Part shown: one piece after another, positions 1 through 9,760 of the stretch
Layout of the letters: the number at the start of each line of letters is the position of its first letter
Position numbering within the stretch: the stretch's first letter is position 1
Assembly (NCBI GenBank): GCA_963850305.1
Contig: CAWKKR010000001.1
Coordinates: 832,001-896,000 of the forward strand
Length of the DNA: 64,000 nucleotides
Reading direction: 5' to 3'
Origin: an uncultured delta proteobacterium
Lineage (GTDB): Bacteria; Myxococcota_A; Polyangia; Polyangiales; Polyangiaceae
The notes under the pieces: model-generated
Seen by the model: only the letters and a program-made list of their open reading frames with translations
Told to the model about the DNA's origin: nothing
Database searches by the model: none
Program-made: the position numbers and the translations under genes

Positions 1-512
1 TCTTGCCGCCCACCGTCCTCGGCTATTACGTGCTCGTCCTTTGCGGCAGAACGAGCCCGCTCGGGAAGGCCTTCGAGTCCCTCACCGGCGTGTCGCTCGT
101 CTTCTCGATGACCGGCATCGTGCTCGCCGCGACGATCGAGGCGCTGCCGCTGGTCATCATGTCGTCGCGGGCCGCGCTCGAGAATGTGGACCGAACGCTC
201 CCGCGCGCCGCACGCACCCTCGGCGCGAGCCCCTTCCGCGCCTTTCTCACGGTCGAGCTCCCCATCGCGGCGCCCGGCATCCTTTCGGGACTCATGCTGG
301 GCTTCGCGCGCGCTCTCGGGGACTTCGGCGTCACGCTCATGGTCGGTGGCAACATCCCCGGCGAAACGCAGACCGCATCGCTCGCCATCTACGACGCCAT
401 CTCGGCGGATCGCGACCGAGACGCGCTCGGCATGATCCTCATCCTGACGTTCGTCACCGTCGTGGTCCTTTACTTCGCGGGACGGCTCGGCCGGGCGACG
501 CGTGCCGTCTGA
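1..512 (+). CDS. modB: Molybdate ABC transporter permease ModB (5'-truncated by window edge)
   Basis: LPPTVLGYY motif, EAA-like loop AARTLGAS, FARALGDFGVTLMVGGNIPGETQT typical of ModB; overlaps modC start. Confidence 0.93.
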   Translation, partial: LPPTVLGYYVLVLCGRTSPLGKAFESLTGVSLVFSMTGIVLAATIEALPLVIMSSRAALENVDRTLPRAARTLGASPFRAFLTVELPIAAPGILSGLMLGFARALGDFGVTLMVGGNIPGETQTASLAIYDAISADRDRDALGMILILTFVTVVVLYFAGRLGRATRAV

Positions 513-1200
513 GACGCTGCGCGCGCGAGTGCGTGTGAAGGTCGGGGCGTTCGTGATCGATGTGGCGCTCGAGGTGCCCCCTGGAATCACGGTCCTGTTC
601 GGCCCCTCCGGGTCCGGCAAGAGCACCACTCTGGCGGCGATCGCCGGCCTCCTGCGCCCCGAGGTCGGCCGTGTCGCGCTCGGAGACACGGCATGGTTCG
701 ACGCGGAGCTCGGCATCGATTCGCCACCCGAGCTCCGGAGCGTGTCGCTCGTCTTTCAGTCGCTCGCGCTCTTCCCGCATCTCACGGCGCTCGAGAACGT
801 CGAGTACGGCATCGACCGTCGAATGCCCCGCGCCGAACGAGTCCGTCGCGCTCGCGAGATGCTGGACCGCATGAAGGTGCCGCACGTCGCGGCGCGGAAG
901 CCGGCCACGTTCTCGGGTGGAGAGGCGCAGCGCGTCGCCCTGGCGCGCGGGTTCGCGAGGAAGCCCCGGCTCGTGCTCCTCGACGAAGCGTTCTCCGCGC
1001 TCGACCGGGAGCTCCGGTACGAGCTCGGCGCCGACGTCCGCTCGATGATCTCGGAGCTCGACGTCCCGGCGATCGTCGTGACCCATCACCGCATGGAGGC
1101 TCGAAGTCTCGGCGACCGCGCCATTCTCTTGCGGAACGGGCTGGTGGAAAAGACGGGCCCCGCGAGACAGGTCATTCCGGCGCCCGAGCGCGAAGAGTGA
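502..1200 (+). CDS. modC: Molybdate ABC transporter ATP-binding subunit (short form, no TOBE domain)
   Basis: Walker A GPSGSGKST, signature FSGGEAQRVALAR, Walker B LLLDEAF, H-loop VTH; follows modB. Confidence 0.9.
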   Translation: MPSETLRARVRVKVGAFVIDVALEVPPGITVLFGPSGSGKSTTLAAIAGLLRPEVGRVALGDTAWFDAELGIDSPPELRSVSLVFQSLALFPHLTALENVEYGIDRRMPRAERVRRAREMLDRMKVPHVAARKPATFSGGEAQRVALARGFARKPRLVLLDEAFSALDRELRYELGADVRSMISELDVPAIVVTHHRMEARSLGDRAILLRNGLVEKTGPARQVIPAPEREE

Positions 1201-1228
1201 CACAGCGCGCCAGGGAGGCGGTCCAGCC

Positions 1229-2203
1229 TCACCGCGACACGGTGACGTCGCGCGCCAGCACGTCGACGCCGCCCCGAGAATCACGGAGCGCGAGCCAGAG
1301 ACGAACGACACCAGGCGCATCGGGAGCCGTCCATCGGTTCGTCATCGACAGAGCCAGGTCGCTCGCGCTCCGGCTCGTCGATTCCGTGTCGAGCTCTCCC
1401 GCGGTCACGTTCCAGGCGAGCTGCATCGACTCCCGCTCCGTTCCCAGTAATCCGGTGCCGGCATCGACGTACGCGAACGTCTCGACGTCCGCCGCGTCCC
1501 AGCTCGCCGTCAGGTCCACCCGGGCTCCCGCCGGCACGTCCGATAGATCGACGGCGCGCCCGTCGATAGCCCCGGCCAGTGACGCGATGTGGGGATTCTG
1601 GTTGGGCAAGTACGCCTGCGCAAAGGCCGACGCGACGTCCGCGGAGGCGTTGGCCACGCCACACGACACGCGGGCCAGATGAAAGACGGGAGCCTCGCGG
1701 TCCAGGTCGACGCGTAGCGGCTGGTAATATCCGCCCGTGACGTCGGGATCGCGCGGACGAAACCCGCCCGGCGCCGCGATCGGGCCGAAGAGCGTACAGG
1801 CGTCGAAGGGCGTCTGCGCGACGACGGAATCGCCCTCTCCAAGCTGGCGCAGCGACGCCGCATCGAGGCACGCCGACGAAACCACGGCGTTCTCCGCGGG
1901 GGACTTGGGCGCCGTGCAAAACGCGAAGGTCGCGACGTCTCGACCGCCGTCTCCCGCGGGGTCGGCGATGAACGCAGTATACGTCGCCGACTCGCCCGGC
2001 TTCGTCTCGGCGGGCTCGCCCTTCACGGCAATGACTCGCGGGGAGGTCACGAGCCAGTCGTTCGACGGCAAGTGCGGCTCGCACGCGACGAACCCGAGAG
2101 CGAGAAGAGTCAGGGCTCCAAGCAAGGGGGCCTTGCCCCCGCGGCTCGCTTCGCGACCGCTCCCCCGCCGCCTTCGGCGGGCTCGCTTCGCTCGCGAAGT
2201 CAT
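1229..2203 (-). CDS. Lipoprotein associated with TonB-dependent receptor; N-terminus encoded by REP-like element
   Basis: ATGA overlap with receptor stop; hydrophobic stretch plus lipobox FVAC; PRVIAVKGEPAE and C-terminal LRDSRGG typical of myxobacterial TBDR-partner lipoproteins. Confidence 0.75.
   Translation of the reverse strand: MTSRAKRARRRRRGSGREASRGGKAPLLGALTLLALGFVACEPHLPSNDWLVTSPRVIAVKGEPAETKPGESATYTAFIADPAGDGGRDVATFAFCTAPKSPAENAVVSSACLDAASLRQLGEGDSVVAQTPFDACTLFGPIAAPGGFRPRDPDVTGGYYQPLRVDLDREAPVFHLARVSCGVANASADVASAFAQAYLPNQNPHIASLAGAIDGRAVDLSDVPAGARVDLTASWDAADVETFAYVDAGTGLLGTERESMQLAWNVTAGELDTESTSRSASDLALSMTNRWTAPDAPGVVRLWLALRDSRGGVDVLARDVTVSR
2123..2195. repeat. REP-like palindromic element copy (78-bp family)
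   Basis: Hairpins GGGGGC-CTT-GCCCCC and CCCGCCG-CCTT-CGGCGGG; near-identical to units at 9842-10075. Confidence 0.9.
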
Positions 2204-4623
2204 AAGTCGAGCCTCGCTCCGAGGACGCCGAGCGCGGGGAGGCCCGTGATGACGCCGCGCTTGGCGTAGGCTGCGGTGTACTCGTACTCGGCCGCGTTCG
2301 GGTGGTTCGTCACGTTCAACGCTTCGAGATAGATGGAGAGCCGTGCGCGCGCGCCGAGGGAAAAACGCCGATCGACGCGCAGATCGAGCTGCCAGAAATC
2401 GGGCAACCGGATCGAGTTCTGAGCGCCGAAGATGGGCTGATACACATCGTCCTTGTCGTCGTAGAGGGCTCCGGTGACGGGCGTACGCGGGAGACCGCTA
2501 GCAAAGCGGAACCGCGCGCCGAAGGTGAAGGGACCGACGGCCTGGTTCCCGGCGAGCGCGAGCACGTCGGGCTCGTCTTCGTCCGCCAGGTGATAACTTG
2601 CGCCGGGCGCGTCGCGGCGCTCGCTCCTCGAGATGGTGCAAGCGACCCATCCAGAGAAGCCGTGCCACCGGCGCTGGCGGAGCATGACCTGCACACCGTA
2701 GCTCCGGCCCACGCCGTCCTGCAGGAGCGCGTGCGCGAGCTTCGGGGTCGGTGACGGATCGCGCACGGCGAGATCGGTCATCCGCTTGTAGAAGCCGAGC
2801 ACCGTCGCCGATAGGGTCGGCGTGATCTCCACGCTCTCGCCGACGCTCGCGTGGTACGCGGACTCCGGGCCGAGCGCCGGAGACCCGAACACGGCGCTCA
2901 GATCGGACGGCGCGGGTGGCTGCGTGTAGATCCCTCCCGCAACGAGCGCGACGACCCGCCGCGACAGTCGGACCCGCGACGAGAACCGCGGCTCGAGCTC
3001 GAAGTCGAGCCGCGACGACCCGATCGCCGGGGTGAGACCGACCTTCGGCGTCGTTCGACTCGCGTCGATCAGATATGCGTCGGCGCGGAGGGACGGCGTG
3101 ACCGTCACCGGACCCCAGTCGAAGTCGAGAATGGCATAGGGCGCGACGTCGACGATGGCGGCGCGCCAGGCGTCACTCGCCGTGTCATCGCCCGGCACTT
3201 CACCGAAGACGGTCACGTCGTTTTCGCGTGCGGGCAAGCTGAACGAACCGCTCCGCGAAAGGCTCGCGTGCGTTCCCGTCCCATCCACGCCGAGCGCAAG
3301 CGTCGTCCGCGAGTCGAGGCGGGACCGATGATCCGCGCGCAGTCCCCATCGCAAGTCGTGTTCCTCGAGCAACGCCGGAGTCGATCCGAACTGGCCGTCG
3401 AAGCGACTCGTGTCGCTGCCGACCCACGGAGTCACGTCGACCCGAGCGCCGTCGCTCTCGGTGCGCTCGTAGCGGAGCGCCAGCCGTTCGAACCCTGTCG
3501 TCGTCGTCGCGCGCTGCGTGTGCGCTGGATCCGCGTCCGCGCCGACCTGAGTCAGTTCGTCGTGGGAGCCCAGAAAAAGCACACTCAGCGACTCTCGCGC
3601 ACGCAGATCGAGCTCGAGCTTCGCCTGGTAGTCGTCGTAGCGCGGGATCGGAAAGACCGCGGCGGAGCCGGGGTTGCCGATCGCGGAAACGACGCCGTCG
3701 AGCCAACCGTAGCGCCCGGCGACGGCGAGCCGCACGCGGTCGCCCACGGTGCCAGTCACGAACGCCGATCCGTCGAGCACGCTCGCGTCCGCGGAGCCAT
3801 GCCAGCCGTCGCGCGGGAGCTCGCGGGTATCGACGCGGACTATGCCGCCGAGCGCGCGGCCGTCGTCGGCCCCATACGCACCGGGCGAGAGCGAGAGGGC
3901 GGCGATCAGATCGCCGTTGACGGTGCTGCGCAGCGCTTCGCCGTGGAAGAGCGACGGGATCTCGACGCCATCGACATAGACGCGCGTGTCCTGCGCGGGT
4001 GAGCCCCAGACGACGAGCGGATCCGCGCCGAGAGACGCGTGGGCCACGCCCGGAAGATCTTCCACGACCTTCGCCGGGTCACCCGCGGTTCCGGCGACGG
4101 ACGCGGCCTCTGCGGCGTCGAGTTTCGTCTCGATCGCGTCGCGCCGGGACCGCATGCCACGCACCACGACGCCGCTCGGTGTCTCCGGCAAGGCCAGCGC
4201 GAGGCTCGGCACGGATCGCGACCCCGGTGCGACGACAGTCGGCGGCGGGGCGTACGCGAACGTGTACCGGTAACGGATCTTCGCGGCGACGATCCGACCC
4301 TCGCGTCGAGCCGGCGCGAACACGAAGCGCCGAGCGGCCGCCGCGGCGGCTGCATCGAAGTCGGCTCCCCCCGAGCGCACGACTCTCGCGCCCGCGACGC
4401 GGCCGTCGATACCCACCGTGAGCACGAGGTCGACCGTCGACGAACGCGTCTCGCGCAGCGGAAACGGCGCGGCGACGAACGTGACGAGCGTCGGCGGCGT
4501 CGTCGTGAGCTCGGGCGCGTGGACCGGCGCGTCCGCGTGGACAGAGGGCGAAGCAAACACTGCCGCCAGGACGGCGGCGCGAACGGCGCGCGCGACCCGA
4601 AGGGCACGGCGCTCAGGGCACAT
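2200..4623 (-). CDS. TonB-dependent receptor with N-terminal TonB C-terminal-like domain
   Basis: Signal peptide; TonB_C-like segment (VGIDGRVAGARVVRSGGADFDAAAAAAARRFVFAPA); plug (DPAKVVEDLPGV, YVDGVEIPSLFH, GAYGADDGRALGGIV); barrel ending RLPDFWQLDLRVDR...NVTN...GARLDL. Confidence 0.9.
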   Translation of the reverse strand: MCPERRALRVARAVRAAVLAAVFASPSVHADAPVHAPELTTTPPTLVTFVAAPFPLRETRSSTVDLVLTVGIDGRVAGARVVRSGGADFDAAAAAAARRFVFAPARREGRIVAAKIRYRYTFAYAPPPTVVAPGSRSVPSLALALPETPSGVVVRGMRSRRDAIETKLDAAEAASVAGTAGDPAKVVEDLPGVAHASLGADPLVVWGSPAQDTRVYVDGVEIPSLFHGEALRSTVNGDLIAALSLSPGAYGADDGRALGGIVRVDTRELPRDGWHGSADASVLDGSAFVTGTVGDRVRLAVAGRYGWLDGVVSAIGNPGSAAVFPIPRYDDYQAKLELDLRARESLSVLFLGSHDELTQVGADADPAHTQRATTTTGFERLALRYERTESDGARVDVTPWVGSDTSRFDGQFGSTPALLEEHDLRWGLRADHRSRLDSRTTLALGVDGTGTHASLSRSGSFSLPARENDVTVFGEVPGDDTASDAWRAAIVDVAPYAILDFDWGPVTVTPSLRADAYLIDASRTTPKVGLTPAIGSSRLDFELEPRFSSRVRLSRRVVALVAGGIYTQPPAPSDLSAVFGSPALGPESAYHASVGESVEITPTLSATVLGFYKRMTDLAVRDPSPTPKLAHALLQDGVGRSYGVQVMLRQRRWHGFSGWVACTISRSERRDAPGASYHLADEDEPDVLALAGNQAVGPFTFGARFRFASGLPRTPVTGALYDDKDDVYQPIFGAQNSIRLPDFWQLDLRVDRRFSLGARARLSIYLEALNVTNHPNAAEYEYTAAYAKRGVITGLPALGVLGARLDL

Positions 4624-5497
4624 CGAACGTCAGCACGAGCGTCCCTGCGCCTCGATCGTGCGCTCCCCATGTGTCCTGATCGAGCGCGATGCCTTCGGCG
4701 GCGCCGACCGACTTACCGTGGAGAAGCGCACGCACTTGATAGTGCGCGATCACCTGCCCGCAGAGCGACGCCGCATCGACACGGACCAGGTATTTTCCCG
4801 ACGGCGGGTCGGTCGCCCAGGTCACGTCCTCTTGGCGGCGCCCGTCGATGACGCAATTGGCGTTCGAGTCGACATCGAGAATGCCGGGGTTCTGGTCGGT
4901 CGAGCCGCCGGGAGCGTAGGCGTTCGCCGACGTTGGATTGCCGTGGAAGATCTCGTTGCCGAGCGGGTCGACGACGTGAAGATCGAGGTCCGACTCCGTG
5001 TCCCACGTCAGCGTCACGACGAGCGCGCCGTTCAGGGCACTTCCCGGCGGTCCATCCAGCGCGGTCAACGGCTGAGTGCTCGCGGAACCGACGAGACCGT
5101 TCACGTCCACCGCTCGGACTTCCAGGGTGTAAGCTCCGGGTAAAAGCGTGGTCGCGAACTGCGCGGTCGCGCGGAACGACGGCAGAGTCGGGGTGGAGAC
5201 GTCCGGAGGACCCGAGAGGACGATCCAGTAACCGTCATCCCCGACGAGATCGACGAGCGCGCTCGTGGCGGTCGGACCGAGCGCACCGGTGAGCAGCTTG
5301 TCGTCGTAGCCGGGCCAGATCGTGTTCGTCAGCAGATCGATCGACTCCACACTCGGTCCGCCCGACGGCGCGGGCGGTTTCCCCGGCACGAACTGGGCGC
5401 CGTCCACGCGCATCATGGACGACAGCGCGGGGTCGTCGGTGGCGCCTTCCGTACACGCCGAGAGGAGCATCGCGAGAACGACGTGGACGGGACGCAT
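4613..5497 (-). CDS. Lipoprotein with YfaP/DUF2135-like C-terminal domain
   Basis: Lipobox LSAC; LVVTLTWDTESDLDLHVVDP...LDVDSN...GKYLVRV motif; TGATG coupling with upstream porin. Confidence 0.75.
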   Translation of the reverse strand: MRPVHVVLAMLLSACTEGATDDPALSSMMRVDGAQFVPGKPPAPSGGPSVESIDLLTNTIWPGYDDKLLTGALGPTATSALVDLVGDDGYWIVLSGPPDVSTPTLPSFRATAQFATTLLPGAYTLEVRAVDVNGLVGSASTQPLTALDGPPGSALNGALVVTLTWDTESDLDLHVVDPLGNEIFHGNPTSANAYAPGGSTDQNPGILDVDSNANCVIDGRRQEDVTWATDPPSGKYLVRVDAASLCGQVIAHYQVRALLHGKSVGAAEGIALDQDTWGAHDRGAGTLVLTFDVP

Positions 5498-7041
5498 CAG
5501 AATGCCGCCTGCGCGCGCACGGTCAGCGCATCGCTCTTCAGTGTGGTCGGCGCTCCGTTCTGGTCACGGCCGAGCGCGTTCCAGTTCTTGTCGTATTCGA
5601 TCGAGAGGCGCTGGAGTCCGCACCGGAACATCGCCAGGAGCGCGAGCGTGCCGTAGCTCCGGTCGACAGGGACGACCTGGATGGCCTGCTGCTCGCGCGC
5701 ATCCTGGTCGGGGTCGTAATGATCGTACCGCACGCCGACGAGCGCCCACTTCGTGATCTCCTGCGTCGCGCCGACGTAATAACCGAGCTCGCGGAGACCG
5801 TAGCCCGCGCCGACGGGATCGGCGGGCTCGATGCCGCGATCCAGGTTCTCCGAGCGGACGATCTCGGCGCGTAGCGACAGCGCCGCGCCCGGCGAGAACT
5901 CCAACCGGAGCCGCACGTCGCCACCGATGGCGAACCGGTGGAACGTCTGGGACGCCGTCGCGGACGATCCCGGGATCACCTGGATCTCCGTCGCCTGCAC
6001 GATGCCGTCTCCGTTTTCGTCGCGCCAGACCACCTGATCCTTGGTCGTCGGGGTACCCTCATGAAAGCCGCTCCCCGTATCCGCGGAGACCCCGGCGTCG
6101 AACCGGACGCCGCGAACGAGCTCGGCGCCGGTGCCGAGCCGGCCGACGATTTCCTTCGCGGCCAGGGGCGCGAGCGCCGGAAAGACGCGGTCGCCGATCG
6201 GGTTGCCGTTCATGACGGCCACGGCCAGCTCGAACCCCCGGTAACGGATCCGGGCACGGGCACCGAGATCGAACTCGCCCGGAAAGAGCGCGCGCATCAC
6301 CGTGGAGCGCTCGAGAAAAGGGCGCACGTTGTCGAGCTCCGGAACCTCGAACCCGAACGGGATCTTCATGAGGCCGGCGGTCAGGAGAAGATCCGGGAGC
6401 CGCGGGTCGCGTTCCGCTGGCCACTTCAGCGATACCTCGGCGTCGATCGGCCGCACCTGGGGGCCGTTCGTCGTGTTCGCGTCGATCTCGAGCGCGCCGC
6501 TCAAGATCCCGCGCTCCGCGTCCACGCGCACGTGTCCGCGCCGGAGCGTGAAGCGGTCCTGGTTCTCCGGGAGGCCCGTCGAGAAATCGATCTGGTTCTG
6601 AGACGCCTGGTCGTGAACGAGCCAGTCGATCTGCACGTACCCGGACAGCCGCGGACGCTGCGCGGCTTCGGCTTCGTCCCTCGCGACGCGCTGCTCGAGC
6701 TTCGCGAGATTTTCCGCGTCTTCACGAACGGCGTCGCGAAGGGCCGCTTCGCCGGATGGAGAGGCGGGCGCGGAGACCACACTCGCGTTCGGAACCAGCG
6801 CGGGCGTCGACGACGCAGGCGCGGACGCTGCGCCCGCGCTCGGCGCCGGGGTCGGGGACGGCGTCGCAGGCGCAGACGCCGCGCTCGGAACCGGAGTCGG
6901 TACCGGCGCGGCAGGCGCGCTCGCACTGGGCGCCGGAGCGACGGTTTCGGCCGCCGGTGGCGCCGCGCCTTCGGCACGTGTGGACGCGGCGAAGGCCACG
7001 ATCCACGACGCGCCGAGGGCCGCGGCCACGCCGGATCTCAC
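5497..7041 (-). CDS. Outer-membrane porin, phosphate-selective porin O/P-like
   Basis: GTG start at 7041 overlapping the corrected upstream stop; signal peptide, Pro/Ala linker, coiled coil, LSGYVQ...FTLRRGHVRV...GLMKIPFGFE...FLERS; terminal Phe (RAQAAF). Confidence 0.75.
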   Translation of the reverse strand: MRSGVAAALGASWIVAFAASTRAEGAAPPAAETVAPAPSASAPAAPVPTPVPSAASAPATPSPTPAPSAGAASAPASSTPALVPNASVVSAPASPSGEAALRDAVREDAENLAKLEQRVARDEAEAAQRPRLSGYVQIDWLVHDQASQNQIDFSTGLPENQDRFTLRRGHVRVDAERGILSGALEIDANTTNGPQVRPIDAEVSLKWPAERDPRLPDLLLTAGLMKIPFGFEVPELDNVRPFLERSTVMRALFPGEFDLGARARIRYRGFELAVAVMNGNPIGDRVFPALAPLAAKEIVGRLGTGAELVRGVRFDAGVSADTGSGFHEGTPTTKDQVVWRDENGDGIVQATEIQVIPGSSATASQTFHRFAIGGDVRLRLEFSPGAALSLRAEIVRSENLDRGIEPADPVGAGYGLRELGYYVGATQEITKWALVGVRYDHYDPDQDAREQQAIQVVPVDRSYGTLALLAMFRCGLQRLSIEYDKNWNALGRDQNGAPTTLKSDALTVRAQAAF

Positions 7042-8562
7042 GGCAAGGGCTCGAGCGTACTGGACGGCAACACCACAGTCTTCGCGACAGGCGTCGCCGT
7101 GGTGCAGGCATTCACGAGGTCGGCGTTCGTCGTCGGCGTGCCGCTCACGCACGAGGAGCTCGGCGTGCCGCTCGTGTCGATCGCGTCGGGCTCGCAGAAG
7201 CCGAAGCTACACGCTCCGCCACTGCAATCCGAGCTCGACGTGCACGGCGTGCAGCCGGTCGGGGTCCCCGTCGCGCCAGGGATCTTGCTCAGGTAGTAGC
7301 AGGTGCAGGACGCGGGAGGCGACGCAGGCGACAGAATCGCCGCCGTCCGTCGTGCGCGTCACTTGCATGGCGCACTGGGGAATGAGACCGACCTTGACGA
7401 CGTCCGCGAGCCCGTCGAAGCCGACCCCGCCGTCTCCTGCGGCGGCCTTGCCGAGCACGGCGTCCATCAACGTGGCCACCTCGGGGTTCGTCGGCGTGTT
7501 CGAGCCGTCGACCTTCGTGATGTACACGGTCGGCGACCACAATGTGTAATGGCCGTCGCGCAGGTTCTGCTTGTCGAACGTCGATGACGAAGAATCCGGG
7601 TAATAGGCCGTGTTCTGGTTGAATGCCTTGAACGCGAGCGTCTTGATGCCCTTCCCGCGATTCGCGTCGTAAACCTCCGCGCCGAGGATGCCGATGGTGG
7701 CCTCCGGACTCGTGGAGTTCGTCACGGCGTTCACGACGTCGGTCGACGCGGCTTCGGGAACGCCCTTCCACTTGTTGGGCGGCACGTCGATGTTCTTCGC
7801 CGTCGCGACGAGCGTGCTCTTCGTCGATGGTCGAATGAACAGGAAGCTCTCGTTGTTCCAGGGGTCGTAGGTCGGAGCGAGCGGGTTCGCGTTGCCGAAG
7901 CCGAACGCGTAGTAAGCCTCCTCGGCCCAGATGGCATTCTGGTCGCTCGCCGTCGGGACGATGAAGGTGTACGCCTGGATCGGACCCTGGATGAGCGCGA
8001 GACCCGACGGCGTCGGCCCGAGCCCGCAGCTGTCCACGAACAGGGCGGAGATCGCGACGTCGATCGCCACGCCGGCAGAGCCCGTCGTGCACGTCAGCTC
8101 CGGATCCGAGGGCGTCCAGGACGGATCTTCGGCCGTCGACGGGATGTACTTGAGGGTTCCGTTCGGGACGATGTTCGCGTTCGTGTAGATGTCGTTCGTC
8201 AGCGTGCAGGAACCCGTCAGGTTGAACGCGATCGTGACATCGTCGTGATCGCGAAGGTGACGGCCGACGTTCTTGAGCAGGTTCTCCTGCGTGTCTCCGG
8301 ACTCGATATAGACGACCTTTCCGGGCAACTTGCCGCAGGTGCCCTGCGCCGAGCCCGCGTCGCTCCGGCCGCCATCGGCGACGGACCCGTCCTTCGTCGG
8401 AGGGGTGACGTGACCGTGACCTGCATCGGCCGGCGACCCGGAGTCGGGAGAGGACCCCGCATCGTTGTCGGCGGTCGTCGTCGGGTGCTTCTTGCTCGAG
8501 GAGCAAGCCGCGACGAGCAACATCAAAGAAGCGAGCTTCAAACCGTGTACTCGTTGGCTCAT
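7038..8562 (-). CDS. PstS/PBP2-like substrate-binding surface lipoprotein with Cys-rich tail; +1 frameshift at ~7335
   Basis: Lipobox VAAC; segments like TIGILG and LRDGHYTLWSPTVY resemble PstS-type binding proteins; deleting one base at 7335-7336 gives a 507-aa ORF ending ...STLEPLP* at 7038, coupled (GTGA) to the porin. Confidence 0.65.
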
Positions 8563-8590
8563 TCACGGACTCCCTTACGCGTATTCGATT

Positions 8591-9751
8591 TCAAGCGGCA
8601 TGAATCTCGGCGACGCGCTCCCCCGAGGACCCGATGTCGTAGCCGAGCGACGCGAACTCGTGGCGCAGCGGCGCGGCCACCATCAAATCCAGCAGACGGA
8701 CCAGGCGAGGATCGTCCAGGCCCTCCGTCGGGACGACGAGATCGTAGCGTTCTTCGGCGACGGAGATGAAGTCGAGCCCGAAAGCGAGCGCCGCATCGCG
8801 CGTCGCGATGCCGAGGTCCGCGGCGCCGATGGAGATGGCGTGCGCGACCTCGAGATGACCCGTCACGTGCACCGCTTGGGCCGGCGCGACGGGGAATGCG
8901 ACCCCGGCGCGAGCGGCTTCCAGATCGAACAGACGCCGGGCACCCGAGCCCGCCTCCCGCAGGGCGACGCGGAGCTCGGGGCGCGCCAGATCACCCGCGC
9001 CGCGAATCCGCCTCGGATTGCCAGGGGCGACGAGCAAGCCCGCTTCCCAGCGCGCGAGCGTGATGAGAACGACGCTGCGTCCGTGGACGTGGCGGCGGAC
9101 GTCGGGCACGTTCGCTTCCCCCGTTCGTCCGTCCACCAGATGGACGCCCGCGACGTGCGCCTGATGACGGCCGAGCGCGTCCAGAGCCCGCGTGCTCCCG
9201 CGCACGAACGACAGGAACCGGCCCGGTCCCGGGCGCGCGTTGAGTCGATCCGCGAGGAGGCCGAGCGCGGGCGCGCACCCCATGATCACGAAGTTCGCGC
9301 GACAGTCGGACAGCGGGCGGAGCAGGTGCACGTCCGAGCCCGGCGCTTCGGAGATCAACGCATCTGCGGACGAGCCGAGCCCGTGATGCTCGAGCACATG
9401 AGAAACCCAGCGCCCGTCGATCTGCGCGAGCGCGACACGCCCCGTGGCCGAGCGCTCGGCGGGTTCGAGCGAGAGACGCACGCGCGCCGGCTCGTCCGCC
9501 TCGAAGAGCGTCTCCACCCGGCACCCGAGCACGCGTCCCAGGCATAACGCCACGTCCACGCCGGGGGTCGCGCGCCCCGCCTCGATCGCGCCGAGACTCT
9601 GGCGCGAGAGCCCGGCGCGGGCGGCGAGGTCAGTCTGAGACAGACCGCGCGCTTCGCGGAGCTCCCTCACGCGACAGACGCCCCTGGCCGGGGTCTGGAC
9701 GGAAGCCGGGGTCGCCCGCCGAGCTCTCTCCCGTCGCGTAGAAGAAGCCAT
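8591..9751 (-). CDS. XRE-type HTH regulator fused to molybdate-binding-type PBP domain (YvgK/MoeA-PBP-like)
   Basis: HTH RELREARGLSQTDLAARAGLSRQSLGAIEAG; PBP motifs GSTRALDAL, AGVHL, GLLVAPGNP, REAGSGAR, FGLDFISVAEERYDLV. Confidence 0.88.
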   Translation of the reverse strand: MASSTRRERARRATPASVQTPARGVCRVRELREARGLSQTDLAARAGLSRQSLGAIEAGRATPGVDVALCLGRVLGCRVETLFEADEPARVRLSLEPAERSATGRVALAQIDGRWVSHVLEHHGLGSSADALISEAPGSDVHLLRPLSDCRANFVIMGCAPALGLLADRLNARPGPGRFLSFVRGSTRALDALGRHQAHVAGVHLVDGRTGEANVPDVRRHVHGRSVVLITLARWEAGLLVAPGNPRRIRGAGDLARPELRVALREAGSGARRLFDLEAARAGVAFPVAPAQAVHVTGHLEVAHAISIGAADLGIATRDAALAFGLDFISVAEERYDLVVPTEGLDDPRLVRLLDLMVAAPLRHEFASLGYDIGSSGERVAEIHAA

Positions 9752-9760
9752 GACAAGCGC

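Noticed and set aside
7042..7152. Listed N-terminus of the porin ORF (start 7152)
   Set aside because: Overlaps the restored C-terminus of the upstream lipoprotein; the signal peptide begins at GTG 7041
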